Assembly: GCA_045632145.1 (NCBI GenBank)
Contig: JAZQWB010000011.1
Coordinates: forward strand, 4,026-68,025
DNA from: Eubacteriales bacterium
GTDB taxonomy: Bacteria; Bacillota; Clostridia; Oscillospirales; CAG-272
Length of the DNA stretch: 64,000 bases
Reading direction: 5' to 3'
The notes under the pieces were generated by a model. The model did no database searches and had not been told where the DNA came from. It worked only from the letters and a program-made list of their open reading frames with translations. Position 1 is the first letter of the stretch, and every line of letters starts with the position of its first letter. The translations under genes and the position numbers were made by a program. Positions 39,883 to 51,485 of this stretch are shown piece after piece.

Positions 39883-40595
39883 AGGTTTCAACCATAAAGG
39901 AAGAGCTTAATTCCCTCTCCTATCACGGCAGAGGTATCATTATAGGTAAAAGTGCCGACGGCAAGAAAGCTATAACCGCCTACTTTATCATGGGTAGAAG
40001 TGTAAACAGCCGTAATCGTGTATTCGTGGCAGAGGGTGACGCTATGAGAACCAAAGCTTTTGATGAATCCAAAATGGTTGACCCTCATCTCATTATATAC
40101 TACCCCGTTCGTGTGCTTGGCAATAAGACTATAGTTACAAACGGTGACCAGACCGACACAATATATCAGCTTATGGACAAGCAGATGACCTTTGAGCAGG
40201 CATTGAGAACTCGCGAGTTTGAGGATGACAAGCCAAACTTTACCCCCAGAATTTCGGGCATTATCCACCGCGACGCGGGAGAAATGAACTTTGCTATGTC
40301 CATTCTTAAGAGTGCGGAGGGCGACGACTCCTCCTGCGAGCGCTTTACATACGCATATTCCAATCCCACCCCCGGCAGAGCAAAGTTTATCCACACCTAC
40401 AACGGTGACGGAAATCCCCTCCCCTCCTATGAGGGCGAGCCTAAAACACTTGAGCTCCCCGACACAGATATCGATACTTTTACCGACCTTATCTGGACCA
40501 ACTTGAACGAGGACAATAAGGTATCTCTCTTTGTTCGCTACATCGACATTGCATCCGGTGAAAGCGAAACAAGAATTGTTAATAAAAATGCTTGA
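39879..40595 (+). CDS. Stand-alone IMP cyclohydrolase-like protein (PurO-like, Ntn fold)
   Basis: YHGRGII, YFIMGRSVNSRNR, IVTNGDQTD, FTPRISG. Confidence 0.85.
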   Translation: MKVSTIKEELNSLSYHGRGIIIGKSADGKKAITAYFIMGRSVNSRNRVFVAEGDAMRTKAFDESKMVDPHLIIYYPVRVLGNKTIVTNGDQTDTIYQLMDKQMTFEQALRTREFEDDKPNFTPRISGIIHRDAGEMNFAMSILKSAEGDDSSCERFTYAYSNPTPGRAKFIHTYNGDGNPLPSYEGEPKTLELPDTDIDTFTDLIWTNLNEDNKVSLFVRYIDIASGESETRIVNKNA

Positions 40596-40605
40596 GGTGA
40601 AGATG

Positions 40606-41793
40606 ATGAAAGAATTTGAACTTAAATATGGCTGCAACCCTAACCAGAAGCCCTCTAAGATTTATATGAAGGACGGAAGCGAGCTTCCTATTGAAATACT
40701 CTCCGGCAGACCCGGATATATCAATTTTCTCGATGCCTTCAACTCCTGGCAGCTTGTTAAGGAGATTAAGGAAGCTACAGGTGAGGTTGCTGCTACAAGC
40801 TTTAAGCACGTTTCTCCCACCTCCGCAGCTATCGGCAAGCCTCTTTCTGATGCGTTGAAAAAGGCATGCTTCGTTGATGATATCGAAGGACTTGATCAGT
40901 CTCCCCTTGCTTGTGCCTATGCAAGAGCGAGAGGTACAGACAGAATGTCCTCCTTTGGAGATTGGATTGCTCTCTCCGACGAGTGCGACCTTACCACCGC
41001 AAAGATTATCGCAAGAGAGGTTTCCGACGGTGTTATTGCTCCCTCCTACTCTCCTGAGGCTCTCGAGCTTCTTAAGACCAAGAGAAAGGGTGCTTACAAT
41101 ATCGTAAAAATCGATCCTAACTATGTTCCCGAGGAAATCGAAACCAAGCAGGTATTCGGCATCACCTTCGAGCAAGGCAGAAACAACTTCAAGATTGACA
41201 GAGATCTGCTTGCAAACGTAGTTACAGCAAATAAGAACCTTCCCGATGAGGCAAAGGTTGATATGATTATCGCGCTTATCACCCTTAAATATACTCAGTC
41301 CAACTCTGTATGCTTTGCTAAAGACGGACAGGCTATCGGTGTTGGTGCAGGACAGCAGTCCAGAATTCATTGCACCCGTCTTGCAGGTGACAAGGCTGAC
41401 CTTTGGCATCTTCGTCAGAGCGAGAGAGTGCTCAACCTTCAGTTTGCTGACGGTATCGGCAGACCCGACAAGAACAATATTATCGACCTCTATCTTTCCG
41501 ACAGAGATAGCGACACCGTTCTTGGTGATGACGTGTGGCAGAAGTATTTTGCCGTTAGACCCGAGCCCTTTACCAGAGAAGAAAAGGATGCATATCTTGC
41601 AACCATCAGCGGTGTTACCGTTGGCTCGGATGCCTTCTTCCCCTTCTCCGATAACATTGATCGCGCTGCAAAGAGCGGTGTAAGCTATGTTGCAGAGCCC
41701 GGCGGATCTATCCGTGACGATCTTGTTATCGAGGCGGCTGATAAGTACGGTATGGTAATGTCCTTTACCGGTATGCGTCTTTTCCATCATTAA
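40606..41793 (+). CDS. purH: AICAR transformylase (PurH lacking the N-terminal cyclohydrolase/MGS domain)
   Basis: LKYGCNPNQ, SFKHVSP, KYTQSNSV, GAGQQSRIHCT, SDAFFPF, PGGSIRD, RLFHH. Confidence 0.93.
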   Translation: MKEFELKYGCNPNQKPSKIYMKDGSELPIEILSGRPGYINFLDAFNSWQLVKEIKEATGEVAATSFKHVSPTSAAIGKPLSDALKKACFVDDIEGLDQSPLACAYARARGTDRMSSFGDWIALSDECDLTTAKIIAREVSDGVIAPSYSPEALELLKTKRKGAYNIVKIDPNYVPEEIETKQVFGITFEQGRNNFKIDRDLLANVVTANKNLPDEAKVDMIIALITLKYTQSNSVCFAKDGQAIGVGAGQQSRIHCTRLAGDKADLWHLRQSERVLNLQFADGIGRPDKNNIIDLYLSDRDSDTVLGDDVWQKYFAVRPEPFTREEKDAYLATISGVTVGSDAFFPFSDNIDRAAKSGVSYVAEPGGSIRDDLVIEAADKYGMVMSFTGMRLFHH

Positions 41794-41807
41794 TTAAGGA
41801 GCTTCAA

Positions 41808-43082
41808 ATGAAGATTTTGGTTGTTGGCGGCGGCGGACGCGAGCACGCTATTATTAAATCGATTAAAAAGAACGAAAACGTAGATACAATTTATGCTCTC
41901 CCCGGCAACGGCGGTATTGCAGACGATGCTATCTGCGTTGATATAGGGGCAAAGGATATCGAGAACATCGTTCGCTTTGCCACCGAGAATGCTATTGACT
42001 ATGCTATCGTAGCACCTGATGATCCCCTGGTGCTCGGAGCGGTTGATGCACTTGAAGAAAAGGGTATTCCCTGCTTCGGTCCTAACAAGGCCGCTGCTAT
42101 TATCGAGGGCAGTAAGGTATTCTCCAAGGACCTGATGAAAAAATATCATATTCCCACCGCGGGCTACGAATGCTTTTCGGATATTAATTCTGCTATAAAG
42201 CATCTTGACAACGTAAGCTATCCTACCGTTATCAAGGCGGACGGACTTGCACTCGGCAAGGGTGTTATTATCGCAATGAACAGAGCCGAGGCCGAGGATG
42301 CTCTACGCTCTATGATGAATGACAAGGTATTTGGTGAAAGTGGCAGCAACGTTGTTATTGAAGAATTTTTAGAGGGTCCCGAGGTGTCTGTATTGGCATT
42401 CACCGACGGTAAGACCGTTGTACCTATGGTTTCCTCTATGGACCACAAAAGAGCCCACGACGGTGACAAGGGCCTTAATACAGGAGGTATGGGTACTGTT
42501 GCTCCCAATCCCTATTACACCGATGATATCAAGGATGCTTGCATGAAGGAAATCTTCCTTCCTACGATAAATGCCATGAAAAACGAGGGCAGAACCTTCA
42601 AGGGTTGTCTTTACTTCGGTCTTATGATTACAAAGAATGGACCCAAGGTTATCGAATATAACTGTCGCTTCGGTGATCCTGAAACACAGGTAGTCCTTCC
42701 CCTCCTCAAGACAGACCTGCTTGACATTATGATGGCTGTAAGCGAGGAAAGACTGTCCGAGATTGACGTGGAATTTTCTGACGAGGCAGCCTGCTGTGTA
42801 ATTATGGCATCCAATGGATATCCTGAGAAGTATGACAAGGGCTTTGAAATCAATATCCCCGAGGAGTACAAGGACACAGTTTACGTTGCAGGTGCCGCTC
42901 TTAAGGACGGCAAGCTTGTAACAAGTGGCGGACGAGTGCTCGGTGTAACCTCTACCGCAAGGGATCTTGACAAGGCAATTTCGGCATCGTACGATAAGGT
43001 TTCTAAAATCAGCTTTGCAAACGCTTACTATAGAAGTGATATCGGAGCGCGCGCTTTAGCATGTTTTACGAAAGGAAAGTAA
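41808..43082 (+). CDS. purD: GAR synthetase
   Basis: VGGGGREHA, KADGLALGKGV, NTGGMG, EYNCRFGDPE. Confidence 0.97.
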   Translation: MKILVVGGGGREHAIIKSIKKNENVDTIYALPGNGGIADDAICVDIGAKDIENIVRFATENAIDYAIVAPDDPLVLGAVDALEEKGIPCFGPNKAAAIIEGSKVFSKDLMKKYHIPTAGYECFSDINSAIKHLDNVSYPTVIKADGLALGKGVIIAMNRAEAEDALRSMMNDKVFGESGSNVVIEEFLEGPEVSVLAFTDGKTVVPMVSSMDHKRAHDGDKGLNTGGMGTVAPNPYYTDDIKDACMKEIFLPTINAMKNEGRTFKGCLYFGLMITKNGPKVIEYNCRFGDPETQVVLPLLKTDLLDIMMAVSEERLSEIDVEFSDEAACCVIMASNGYPEKYDKGFEINIPEEYKDTVYVAGAALKDGKLVTSGGRVLGVTSTARDLDKAISASYDKVSKISFANAYYRSDIGARALACFTKGK

Positions 43083-43085
43083 AAT

Positions 43086-46000
43086 ATGGTTTACAGAATA
43101 TATGTAGAAAAGAAGGCAGAGCTTGCCCACGAGGCACATACTCTTGCAAGCGAGCTTCGTCAGCTTGTTGGCATAGAGGGTCTTGACGGTGTTCGTGTAC
43201 TCAACCGTTATGACGTTGAAAATATTGACGAGGAGCTTTTCTCTAAAACCGTTGGCACAGTATTTTCCGAGCCTCAGCTTGACGTTGTAACCACCGAGCT
43301 TGATGCAAGGGGCGGCAAGGTTTTTGCCGTTGAATATCTGCCCGGACAGTATGATCAGAGAGCCGACTCGGCAGCACAGTGCATTCAGATAATCTCCTGC
43401 GGAGAGCGTCCTACCATTCGCACCGCAAAGGTTTATGTTATCGAAGGCAAAGTTACCGACAAGGATATTGACGAGATAAAGAAATACGTTATCAACGCGG
43501 TTGAGAGCCGCGAGGCATCTCTCGATAAGCCCGAGACGTTGGCTGTCGAATATGCGATGCCCGAAACCGTAGCAACCGTCACAGGCTTCATCGATCTTGA
43601 TGAGGAAGGTATGACCTCCCTGCTCGACAAGCTTGGACTTGCAATGGATATAGACGATCTTAAGTTCCTTCAGACCTATTTTAAGAACGAAGAACACAGA
43701 GACCCCACAATTACTGAAATCAGAGTTGTCGATACATACTGGTCTGACCATTGCCGTCACACCACATTCTCAACACATATCGACAACGTAAAAATAGAAG
43801 ACGAGGCTGTAGCCGCAGCCTATGAGAGATACCTTGCCTCCAGAATTGAGGTTTACGGTGAGGAAAAGGCTGCAAAGCGCCCCCAGACCCTGATGGATAT
43901 CGCAACCATCGCGGTAAAGGTGCTCAAAAAGAGAGGCGAGCTTCCCGAGCTTGATGAAAGTGAGGAGATTAATGCCTGCTCTATCCACGTTACCGCCGAC
44001 ATCAACGGCAAGGAAGAGGACTTCCTCCTGATGTTCAAGAACGAGACCCACAACCATCCTACAGAAATCGAGCCCTTTGGCGGTGCGGCGACCTGTATCG
44101 GTGGATGCATCCGCGATCCCCTTTCGGGACGTGCATACGTTCATCAGGCTATGCGTGTAACAGGTGCGGCAGACCCGAGAAAGCCTCTTAAGGAAACACT
44201 CCCCGGCAAGCTTCCTCAAAGAAAGATTTGCCAGACCGCGGCGGCAGGTTATTCCTCCTACGGTAACCAGATAGGTCTTGCAACCGGTCACATTGCCGAG
44301 GTATATCACGACGGATACGTAGCAAAGCGTCTTGAATGTGGCGCGGTAGTTGCCGCTGCCCCTGCTTATAACGTACGCAGAGAACGTCCCGAGGCAGGAG
44401 ACGTTATTATTCTTCTCGGTGGCAGAACAGGTCGCGACGGTATCGGCGGTGCAACAGGCTCATCCAAGACCCACAATATGAAATCGCTTACTACCATGGC
44501 ATCCGAGGTGCAGAAAGGTAACGCACCCGAGGAGAGAAAGATTCAGCGTCTCTTCCGTAACCCCGAGGTAACCCGTCTTATCAAGCGCTGTAATGACTTC
44601 GGTGCAGGCGGTGTATCTGTAGCTATCGGTGAGCTTGCAGACGGTCTTTCCATAAACCTTGATGCAGTGCGCAAGAAATATGACGGTCTTGACGGCACAG
44701 AGCTGGCCATCTCCGAGTCTCAGGAGAGAATGGCTGTTGTTGTTGAGGCTAAGGATGCAGATAAATTCATTGCTTTCGCCGAGGACGAGAACCTTGAGGC
44801 ATATCAGGTTGCAGTAGTTACAGAGGAAGCAAGAATGGTAATGAAATGGAAGGGACAGACTATAGCTAACCTTGCCAGAGAATTCCTCAACACCAACGGT
44901 GCAAGCAAGCACACGGTGATTGAGGTAAATAAAAAGGACCTCTCTGTATTTGAAAAGCCCGTATACACTAATCTTAAGGATATGGCTTCCGCCCTTAAAA
45001 CCGCAAGCCGCAAGGGTCTTGTTGAAAGATTTGACGGCTCCATCGGTGCAGGCTCGGTGCTTATGCCCTTTGGCGGCAAAACACAGAGAACTCCTGCTCA
45101 GGCTATGGCGGCTCTTATCCCCACCCTTCCTAACGAAACCACAAACACCGCAAGTGTCATGGCCTGGGGCTTTGATGCAGACGTTATGAGCATCGACACC
45201 TATACAGGTGCACGTGCTGCGGTATATAACTCTGTGGCTAAAATCGTAGCCGCAGGAGCAGATTACAAGGATGCATATCTTACACTTCAGGAGTTCTTTG
45301 AAAGACTTAAGAGCGAGCCTACACGTTGGGGCAAGCCCTTCGGTGCTCTCCTCGGTGCTATGGATGCACAGCTTGAGCTCTGCACCGCTGCAATAGGCGG
45401 AAAGGACTCTATGTCGGGTACATTCCTTGACAAGGACGTTCCTCCCACACTTATTTCCTTTGCTATCGCTCCCATAAAGGCAGACAAGGTAATTTCTCCC
45501 GAATTCAAGGCGGCAGGACATCCCGTATATCTCTTTGCGCCCAAGGATTTCGGAGCAGAAAGCACCAAAAGTGCCTGGGATAGCTTCCACAGATACTGTG
45601 AAAACGGCAATGTAAAGGCCGCATGGGCTGTTGAAAACGGTCTTGCCGAGGCAGTTATGAAAATGTCCTTCGGTAATGAAATCGGCTTCAAGGCTATTCC
45701 CGACGTAGCTGCAGGCAACTGGTATAACACTATGATGTTTGACTTCATAGTTGCAGAGCTTGACTGCGAAATAGATTGCAAGTATGCAACCAAGATAGGC
45801 GAAACCACTAGTGAGCCTGTGATTACTCTTGACGGTGAGTCGGCTACCATCGCAGAGCTTGTAGCACTTAACGAGGCAACTCTTGAGGACATTTATCCCA
45901 CCGTTGCAAAGGCTAAGGAGACCAGTGCTCCCGCATTCAACTATACCACTGAAAAGATTGCTGCCCCCACAGTAAAGGTAGCAAGACCCAAGGTGCTTAT

Positions 46001-46781
46001 TCCCGTATTCCCCGGAACAAACTGTGAATACGATTCTGCCCGACTTGTAGAATCTGCAGGTGCGGAGGCTGATATCGTTGTAATAAGAAATCTTACTCCC
46101 GATGACGTTTCCCGAAGCGTTGAGAAAGTAGCAAAGAAGATTGCACAGTCGCAGATGATCTTCATCCCCGGAGGCTTCTCTGGCGGTGACGAGCCCGACG
46201 GCTCTGCAAAGTTCATCACAGCCTTCTTCAGAAATCCCGAGATTAAGGAGCAGGTAGGAAAGCTTCTTGACGAGCGCGACGGACTTATGCTCGGTATCTG
46301 TAACGGATTCCAGGCTCTTATAAAGCTTGGTCTCGTTCCCTACGGAAAGATTATCGACACAGACGCGTCCTGCCCTACCCTTTCTCACAACATCATCGGT
46401 CGCCACCAGTCAAAGCTGGTAAGAACGAGAATATGCACCAACAAGTCTCCCTGGCTCACAGGTACCGGTGTCGGAGAGATTTACACAGTTCCGATCTCTC
46501 ACGGTGAGGGTAGATTCCTCTGCGATGAGGCTCTCGCTCGTACACTTGCAGAGAATGGACAGATTGCGACCCAGTACGTTGACCTTGACGGTAATCCCTC
46601 TATGGATACCGCATTTAACCCCAACGGCTCTATATTCGCAATCGAAGGTATAACATCCCCCGACGGACGCGTGCTCGGAAAGATGGGTCATAGCGAAAGA
46701 ATCGGCAACGCTCTTTACAAAAACGTTGACGGTAAGTACGATATGAAGCTCTTTGAGTCCGCAGTCAAGTACTTTAAATAA
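43086..46781 (+). CDS. purL: FGAM synthase, large fused form
   Basis: [29 protein letters not shown], glutaminase GICNGFQ, SHGEG, MGHSER. Confidence 0.97.
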   Translation: MVYRIYVEKKAELAHEAHTLASELRQLVGIEGLDGVRVLNRYDVENIDEELFSKTVGTVFSEPQLDVVTTELDARGGKVFAVEYLPGQYDQRADSAAQCIQIISCGERPTIRTAKVYVIEGKVTDKDIDEIKKYVINAVESREASLDKPETLAVEYAMPETVATVTGFIDLDEEGMTSLLDKLGLAMDIDDLKFLQTYFKNEEHRDPTITEIRVVDTYWSDHCRHTTFSTHIDNVKIEDEAVAAAYERYLASRIEVYGEEKAAKRPQTLMDIATIAVKVLKKRGELPELDESEEINACSIHVTADINGKEEDFLLMFKNETHNHPTEIEPFGGAATCIGGCIRDPLSGRAYVHQAMRVTGAADPRKPLKETLPGKLPQRKICQTAAAGYSSYGNQIGLATGHIAEVYHDGYVAKRLECGAVVAAAPAYNVRRERPEAGDVIILLGGRTGRDGIGGATGSSKTHNMKSLTTMASEVQKGNAPEERKIQRLFRNPEVTRLIKRCNDFGAGGVSVAIGELADGLSINLDAVRKKYDGLDGTELAISESQERMAVVVEAKDADKFIAFAEDENLEAYQVAVVTEEARMVMKWKGQTIANLAREFLNTNGASKHTVIEVNKKDLSVFEKPVYTNLKDMASALKTASRKGLVERFDGSIGAGSVLMPFGGKTQRTPAQAMAALIPTLPNETTNTASVMAWGFDADVMSIDTYTGARAAVYNSVAKIVAAGADYKDAYLTLQEFFERLKSEPTRWGKPFGALLGAMDAQLELCTAAIGGKDSMSGTFLDKDVPPTLISFAIAPIKADKVISPEFKAAGHPVYLFAPKDFGAESTKSAWDSFHRYCENGNVKAAWAVENGLAEAVMKMSFGNEIGFKAIPDVAAGNWYNTMMFDFIVAELDCEIDCKYATKIGETTSEPVITLDGESATIAELVALNEATLEDIYPTVAKAKETSAPAFNYTTEKIAAPTVKVARPKVLIPVFPGTNCEYDSARLVESAGAEADIVVIRNLTPDDVSRSVEKVAKKIAQSQMIFIPGGFSGGDEPDGSAKFITAFFRNPEIKEQVGKLLDERDGLMLGICNGFQALIKLGLVPYGKIIDTDASCPTLSHNIIGRHQSKLVRTRICTNKSPWLTGTGVGEIYTVPISHGEGRFLCDEALARTLAENGQIATQYVDLDGNPSMDTAFNPNGSIFAIEGITSPDGRVLGKMGHSERIGNALYKNVDGKYDMKLFESAVKYFK

Positions 46782-46795
46782 TAAGGAGTATTAAA

Positions 46796-48469
46796 ATGGC
46801 ATATTTATCCGATATTGAAATTGCACAGCAGTGCAAAATGAAGCATATAAACGAAATTGCCGCAAAGCTTAACATTTCCGACGATTATCTTGAGCAGTAC
46901 GGCAAATATAAGGCAAAGGTGGATTACAACCTCCTTGCCGACCGCGAGGGTAAGAACGGCAAGCTTGTTCTTGTTACCGCTATCAACCCCACCGCTGCAG
47001 GAGAAGGAAAGACAACTACCACCATCGGACTTGCAGACGCACTTACCAGGATTGGTAAGAACTGTGCGGTTGCTCTCCGTGAGCCCTCCCTTGGCCCCGT
47101 TTTCGGTGTAAAGGGCGGTGCCGCAGGTGGCGGATACGCTCAGGTAGTTCCTATGGAAGATATCAACCTTCACTTTACAGGTGACTTCCACGCTATCGGT
47201 GCAGCAAACAACCTTCTTGCCGCAATGCTTGACAACCATATCCAGCAGGGCAACAGCCTTGGTATCGACGTAAAGAAGATTACCTGGAAGAGATGCGTGG
47301 ATATGAACGACCGTCAGCTTCGCTTTGTTGTTGACGGACTTGGTGGCAGAATCAACGGCACACCTCGTGAGGACGGCTTTGATATTACCGTTGCATCCGA
47401 GATTATGGCTGTATTCTGTCTTGCAAGCTCTATTACCGATCTTAAGGACAGACTTTCTAAAATCGTAGTTGCTTATACCTACGATGACAAGCCTGTTACC
47501 GCAGGTGACCTTAAGGCTGTTGGTGCAATGACCGCACTTCTTAAGGATGCTCTTAAGCCCAACCTCGTTCAGACACTTGAGGGTACTCCCGCATTTGTTC
47601 ACGGCGGTCCCTTCGCTAATATCGCTCACGGCTGTAACTCTGTAATTGCCACAAGAATGGCTATGCACCTTGCAGATTACGCTATTACCGAGGCAGGCTT
47701 CGGTGCCGATCTCGGTGCTGAGAAGTTCCTCGACATTAAGTGCCGTATGGCTGGCCTTAAGCCCGATGCGGTAGTAGTTGTTGCAACCGTACGTGCTCTC
47801 AAGCTTCATGGCGGTGCCTTGAAGACCGAGCTTAATAACGAAAATCTTTCGGCTCTCGAAAAGGGCCTTCCCAACCTTCTCCGCCACGTTTCCAACATCA
47901 AGAACGTATATAAGCTTCCCTGCGTGGTAGCCGTTAACCGCTTCCCCACCGATACCGATAACGAGGTTAATCTTGTTATTGAAAAGTGCCGTGAGCTTGG
48001 TGTTAACGTAAGACTCTCTAACGTTTGGGCAGAGGGTGGTGCAGGCGGCATTGAGCTTGCAGAGGAGGTTGTAAGACTCTGCGATGAGGAAAACAACTTC
48101 AGCTTCAGCTACGAGAGTGATCTCACTATCGAAGAAAAGATTAACGCAATCGTAAAGAACGTTTACGGTGGTGACGGTGCAAATATTGCTCCTGCCGCAA
48201 AGAAGGAGATTGAAAAGCTTACAGCACTTGGATACGGTAGCTTCCCTGTTTGTATGGCTAAGACCCAGTACAGCTTCTCCGACGATCCCACAAAGCTTGG
48301 TGCTCCCACAGGATTTACCGTTACTGTAAGAAACATCAAGGTAAGTGCAGGTGCAGGCTTTATCGTAGCCCTCACAGGTGAGATTATGACCATGCCCGGA
48401 CTTCCCAAGGTTCCTGCCGCAGAAAAGATTGACGTTGATGAAAACGGCAAAATCTCCGGTCTTTTCTAA
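46796..48469 (+). CDS. fhs: Formate--tetrahydrofolate ligase
   Basis: [50 protein letters not shown]. Confidence 0.97.
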   Translation: MAYLSDIEIAQQCKMKHINEIAAKLNISDDYLEQYGKYKAKVDYNLLADREGKNGKLVLVTAINPTAAGEGKTTTTIGLADALTRIGKNCAVALREPSLGPVFGVKGGAAGGGYAQVVPMEDINLHFTGDFHAIGAANNLLAAMLDNHIQQGNSLGIDVKKITWKRCVDMNDRQLRFVVDGLGGRINGTPREDGFDITVASEIMAVFCLASSITDLKDRLSKIVVAYTYDDKPVTAGDLKAVGAMTALLKDALKPNLVQTLEGTPAFVHGGPFANIAHGCNSVIATRMAMHLADYAITEAGFGADLGAEKFLDIKCRMAGLKPDAVVVVATVRALKLHGGALKTELNNENLSALEKGLPNLLRHVSNIKNVYKLPCVVAVNRFPTDTDNEVNLVIEKCRELGVNVRLSNVWAEGGAGGIELAEEVVRLCDEENNFSFSYESDLTIEEKINAIVKNVYGGDGANIAPAAKKEIEKLTALGYGSFPVCMAKTQYSFSDDPTKLGAPTGFTVTVRNIKVSAGAGFIVALTGEIMTMPGLPKVPAAEKIDVDENGKISGLF

Positions 48470-48506
48470 CAAAACTTTACAAATTTGAGCATAAGAGGTA
48501 TTAATA

Positions 48507-49508
48507 ATGAATCCTAATGTAAGACCTGACACTATGGCTCGTATAACTACAAAGAAGCTTGCAGATGCATTTATTGAGGAACAGGTAGAAAAAATCCGTG
48601 CTGAAGTAGTCGATAAAAAGGTTCTTCTTGCACTGTCCGGAGGCGTTGACAGCTCGGTAGTAGCAGCCCTCCTTATTAAGGCTATCGGCAAACAGCTTGT
48701 TTCCGTACACGTTAATCACGGCCTTATGCGTAAGGGTGAGAGCGAGGAGGTAATCGAGGTTTTCAGAAATCAGCTTGATGCAAACCTTGTTTACGTTGAC
48801 GCAAGTGAACGTTTCCTTAATCTTCTTTCGGGTGTTTCCGATCCTGAAAGAAAGAGAAAAATCATAGGTGCAGAATTCATCAACGTTTTCGCTGAGGAGG
48901 CATCTAAGCTTGAGGGCATTTCCTTCCTTGCACAGGGTACTATCTATCCCGATATTCTCGAAAGCATCAAGCAGGCAGAGGGTAAAAAAGCAGTTAAGTC
49001 TCACCACAACGTAGGTGGTTTGCCCGAGGATCTTCAGTTTGAGCTTGTAGAGCCGCTTAAGCTTCTGTTTAAGGATGAGGTAAGAGTTGTTGGCGAGGCT
49101 CTCGGCCTTCCTCACTCTATGGTTTACCGTCAGCCCTTCCCGGGCCCCGGACTCGGTGTAAGATGTCTTGGTGCAATTACTAAGGATAGACTTGAAGCAC
49201 TCAGAGAGGCTGATGCAATTCTCCGCGAGGAGTTTGACAAGAACGGACTTGCAGGCAAGGTATGGCAGTACTTCATCGCTATCCCCGACATTAAGAGTGT
49301 GGGAGTTAAGGATGAAAGCCGTTATGAGGGCTGGCCCGCAATAATCCGTGCTGTAAATACCACCGATGCTATGAGTGCAACCATCGAGGAGATTCCCTAT
49401 GCACTTCTCCACAAGATCACAAATAGAATCACCAGCGAGGTTGAAGGCATTAACAGAGTTCTCTATGACCTGACCCCTAAGCCTACCGGAACTATTGAGT
49501 GGGAATAA
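48507..49508 (+). CDS. guaA: GMP synthase, ATP-pyrophosphatase + dimerisation domains only (no glutaminase domain)
   Basis: ALSGGVDSSV, QGTIYPD, KSHHNVGG, RQPFPGPGL, KPTGTIEWE; 333 aa. Confidence 0.93.
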   Translation: MNPNVRPDTMARITTKKLADAFIEEQVEKIRAEVVDKKVLLALSGGVDSSVVAALLIKAIGKQLVSVHVNHGLMRKGESEEVIEVFRNQLDANLVYVDASERFLNLLSGVSDPERKRKIIGAEFINVFAEEASKLEGISFLAQGTIYPDILESIKQAEGKKAVKSHHNVGGLPEDLQFELVEPLKLLFKDEVRVVGEALGLPHSMVYRQPFPGPGLGVRCLGAITKDRLEALREADAILREEFDKNGLAGKVWQYFIAIPDIKSVGVKDESRYEGWPAIIRAVNTTDAMSATIEEIPYALLHKITNRITSEVEGINRVLYDLTPKPTGTIEWE

Positions 49509-49610
49509 TCTTAAAATCGCATGGTTAATCAAACAAGCAACATTTCATATTGACAAATCACATTTTAGTCATAATAATCAAAATCACACGTAATCATTAA
49601 GGAGAATAGT

Positions 49611-51116
49611 ATGGCTACTTATTTCAATGAACCCTCACGTACGTTCAGCGAGTATCTTCTCGTACCCGGCTACACCGACGAAAGATGCATCCCCAGTAAC
49701 GTTTCACTTAAAACTCCATTAGTAAAATACCGTTCCGATGAGGAGGAGTGCCCTATCTCTCTCAACATTCCTCTCGTATCGGCTATCATGCAGTCTGTTT
49801 CCAATGACACCATGGCAATAGCTCTTGCAAAAGAGGGTGGTATATCCTTCATTTACGGTAACCAGAGCATTGAGAGCGAGGCTGCTATGATAGCAAGAGT
49901 TAAGAATTACAAGGCAGGCTTTGTAATCAGCGACTCCAACCTTAAGCCTACAGATACTCTCCGCGATGTACTTGCTCTTCTCGAGGCCAACGGACACAGC
50001 ACTATGGCTGTTACCGAGGACGGTAGCCCCAACGGAAAGCTGGTCGGTATCGTTACAGGACGCGACTATCGTGTAAGCCGTATGACGGGAGATGAGGTTG
50101 TATCCTCCTTTATGACTCCCTTTGAAAAGCTTATTACCGCGCCCGAAGGTACAACTCTTAAAAAAGCAAACGATATCATCTGGGAGCACAAGCTCAATTC
50201 CCTTCCTATCGTAGATGAGAACGGCAATCTCAAGTATTTTGTATTCCGCAAGGACTACTCTCAGCACAAGGACAATCCCGATGAGCTTCTCGACAAGAAC
50301 AAGAGCTACGTGGTAGGTGCAGGTATTAACACACGCGACTACGAGATGAGAGTTCCCGCCCTTGTAAACGCAGGTGCAGACGTGCTCTGTATCGACTCCT
50401 CCGAGGGCTACACCATCTGGCAGAAGAGAACCATTGATTTTGTAAGAAAAATGTATGGCGACAAGGTAAAGATTGGCGCAGGCAACGTAGTTGACCGCGA
50501 GGGCTTCAGATTCCTTGCAGAAGCAGGTGCTGATTTCATTAAGGTTGGTATCGGTGGCGGCTCTATCTGCATCACCAGAGAAACCAAGGGTATCGGTCGC
50601 GGACAGGCAAGTGCGGTTATCGAGGTTGCTGCAGCTCGCGACGAGTACTACAAGGAAACGGGTGTATACGTTCCTATCTGCTCTGACGGTGGTATCGTAC
50701 ACGACTATCATATGACTCTCGCTCTTGCAATGGGTGCAGATTTCCTTATGCTCGGTAGATATTTCGCAAGATTTGACGAATCCCCTACCCCCAAGACTAT
50801 GATTAACGGTCAGTACGTTAAGGAGTACTGGGGCGAAGGCTCTAACCGTGCGAGAAACTGGCAGAGATACGACCTCGGCGGAAAGGCAAACCTCAACTTT
50901 GAGGAGGGCGTTGACTCTTACGTAACCTACGCAGGTCCTCTTCACGATAATGTTGAGAGATCTCTCTACAAGGTTAAGTCCACTATGTGCAACTGTGGTG
51001 CTATCACCATTCCCGAGCTTCAGCAAAAAGCAAAGCTCACCGTAGTAAGCTCCACAAGTATCGTAGAGGGTGGATACCACGACGTTATGCTCCGCTCCAC
51101 AACAACAGTAAAATAA
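49611..51116 (+). CDS. guaB: IMP dehydrogenase (with CBS pair)
   Basis: [34 protein letters not shown]. Confidence 0.96.
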   Translation: MATYFNEPSRTFSEYLLVPGYTDERCIPSNVSLKTPLVKYRSDEEECPISLNIPLVSAIMQSVSNDTMAIALAKEGGISFIYGNQSIESEAAMIARVKNYKAGFVISDSNLKPTDTLRDVLALLEANGHSTMAVTEDGSPNGKLVGIVTGRDYRVSRMTGDEVVSSFMTPFEKLITAPEGTTLKKANDIIWEHKLNSLPIVDENGNLKYFVFRKDYSQHKDNPDELLDKNKSYVVGAGINTRDYEMRVPALVNAGADVLCIDSSEGYTIWQKRTIDFVRKMYGDKVKIGAGNVVDREGFRFLAEAGADFIKVGIGGGSICITRETKGIGRGQASAVIEVAAARDEYYKETGVYVPICSDGGIVHDYHMTLALAMGADFLMLGRYFARFDESPTPKTMINGQYVKEYWGEGSNRARNWQRYDLGGKANLNFEEGVDSYVTYAGPLHDNVERSLYKVKSTMCNCGAITIPELQQKAKLTVVSSTSIVEGGYHDVMLRSTTTVK

Positions 51117-51133
51117 TCCAAAAAGGATAACAA

Positions 51134-51175
51134 AAAGCCCGTCTTTTCAGCATAAGATAGACGGGCTTTATTTTT
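51134..51175 (+). terminator. Rho-independent terminator after guaB
   Basis: AAAGCCCGTCT...AGACGGGCTTT-ATTTTT. Confidence 0.8.
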
Positions 51176-51208
51176 ATTTATAAAAATGCATTTTCATCAT
51201 AAAAGGTG

Positions 51209-51237
51209 TTGACATTTTATTTTGATTGTGATAAAAT
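51209..51237 (+). promoter_or_regulatory. Sigma-A promoter (TTGACA-17-TAAAAT, extended -10) for thrS
   Basis: Near-consensus with TG element. Confidence 0.7.
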
Positions 51238-51246
51238 ATTTTCATT

Positions 51247-51452
51247 GGAATATGTCCCTTGGATTTGGACTGTGCAGAGAGCCGTTGGTTGGTGAAAAAC
51301 GGAGAGGACTGCCTTGGGGTACCGCCCATGCATAGCTTATGCTATGGAAATTTAATATTCAATGAGTTAATCGCTCGGGTGGAACCGTGCGAGAACAGAT
51401 GATTATGTTCTTTGCACCCCGAAAGGCATGTTTGTCTTTCGGGGTGTTTTTT
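51247..51452 (+). ncRNA. T-box riboswitch (Thr)
   Basis: AGAGA and GGTGAAA stem-I motifs, candidate ACC specifier, T-box GGGTGGAACCG (51377..51387), terminator CACCCCGAAAG/CTTTCGGGGTG-TTTTTT; upstream of thrS. Confidence 0.9.
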
Positions 51453-51485
51453 ATTGATTAATTTACCTACAAAGGAGAAAATACT

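Noticed and set aside
49480-49610. guaA 3' end as an occupied island integration site
   Set aside because: guaB follows after ~100 bp; no duplicated end or integrase seen.
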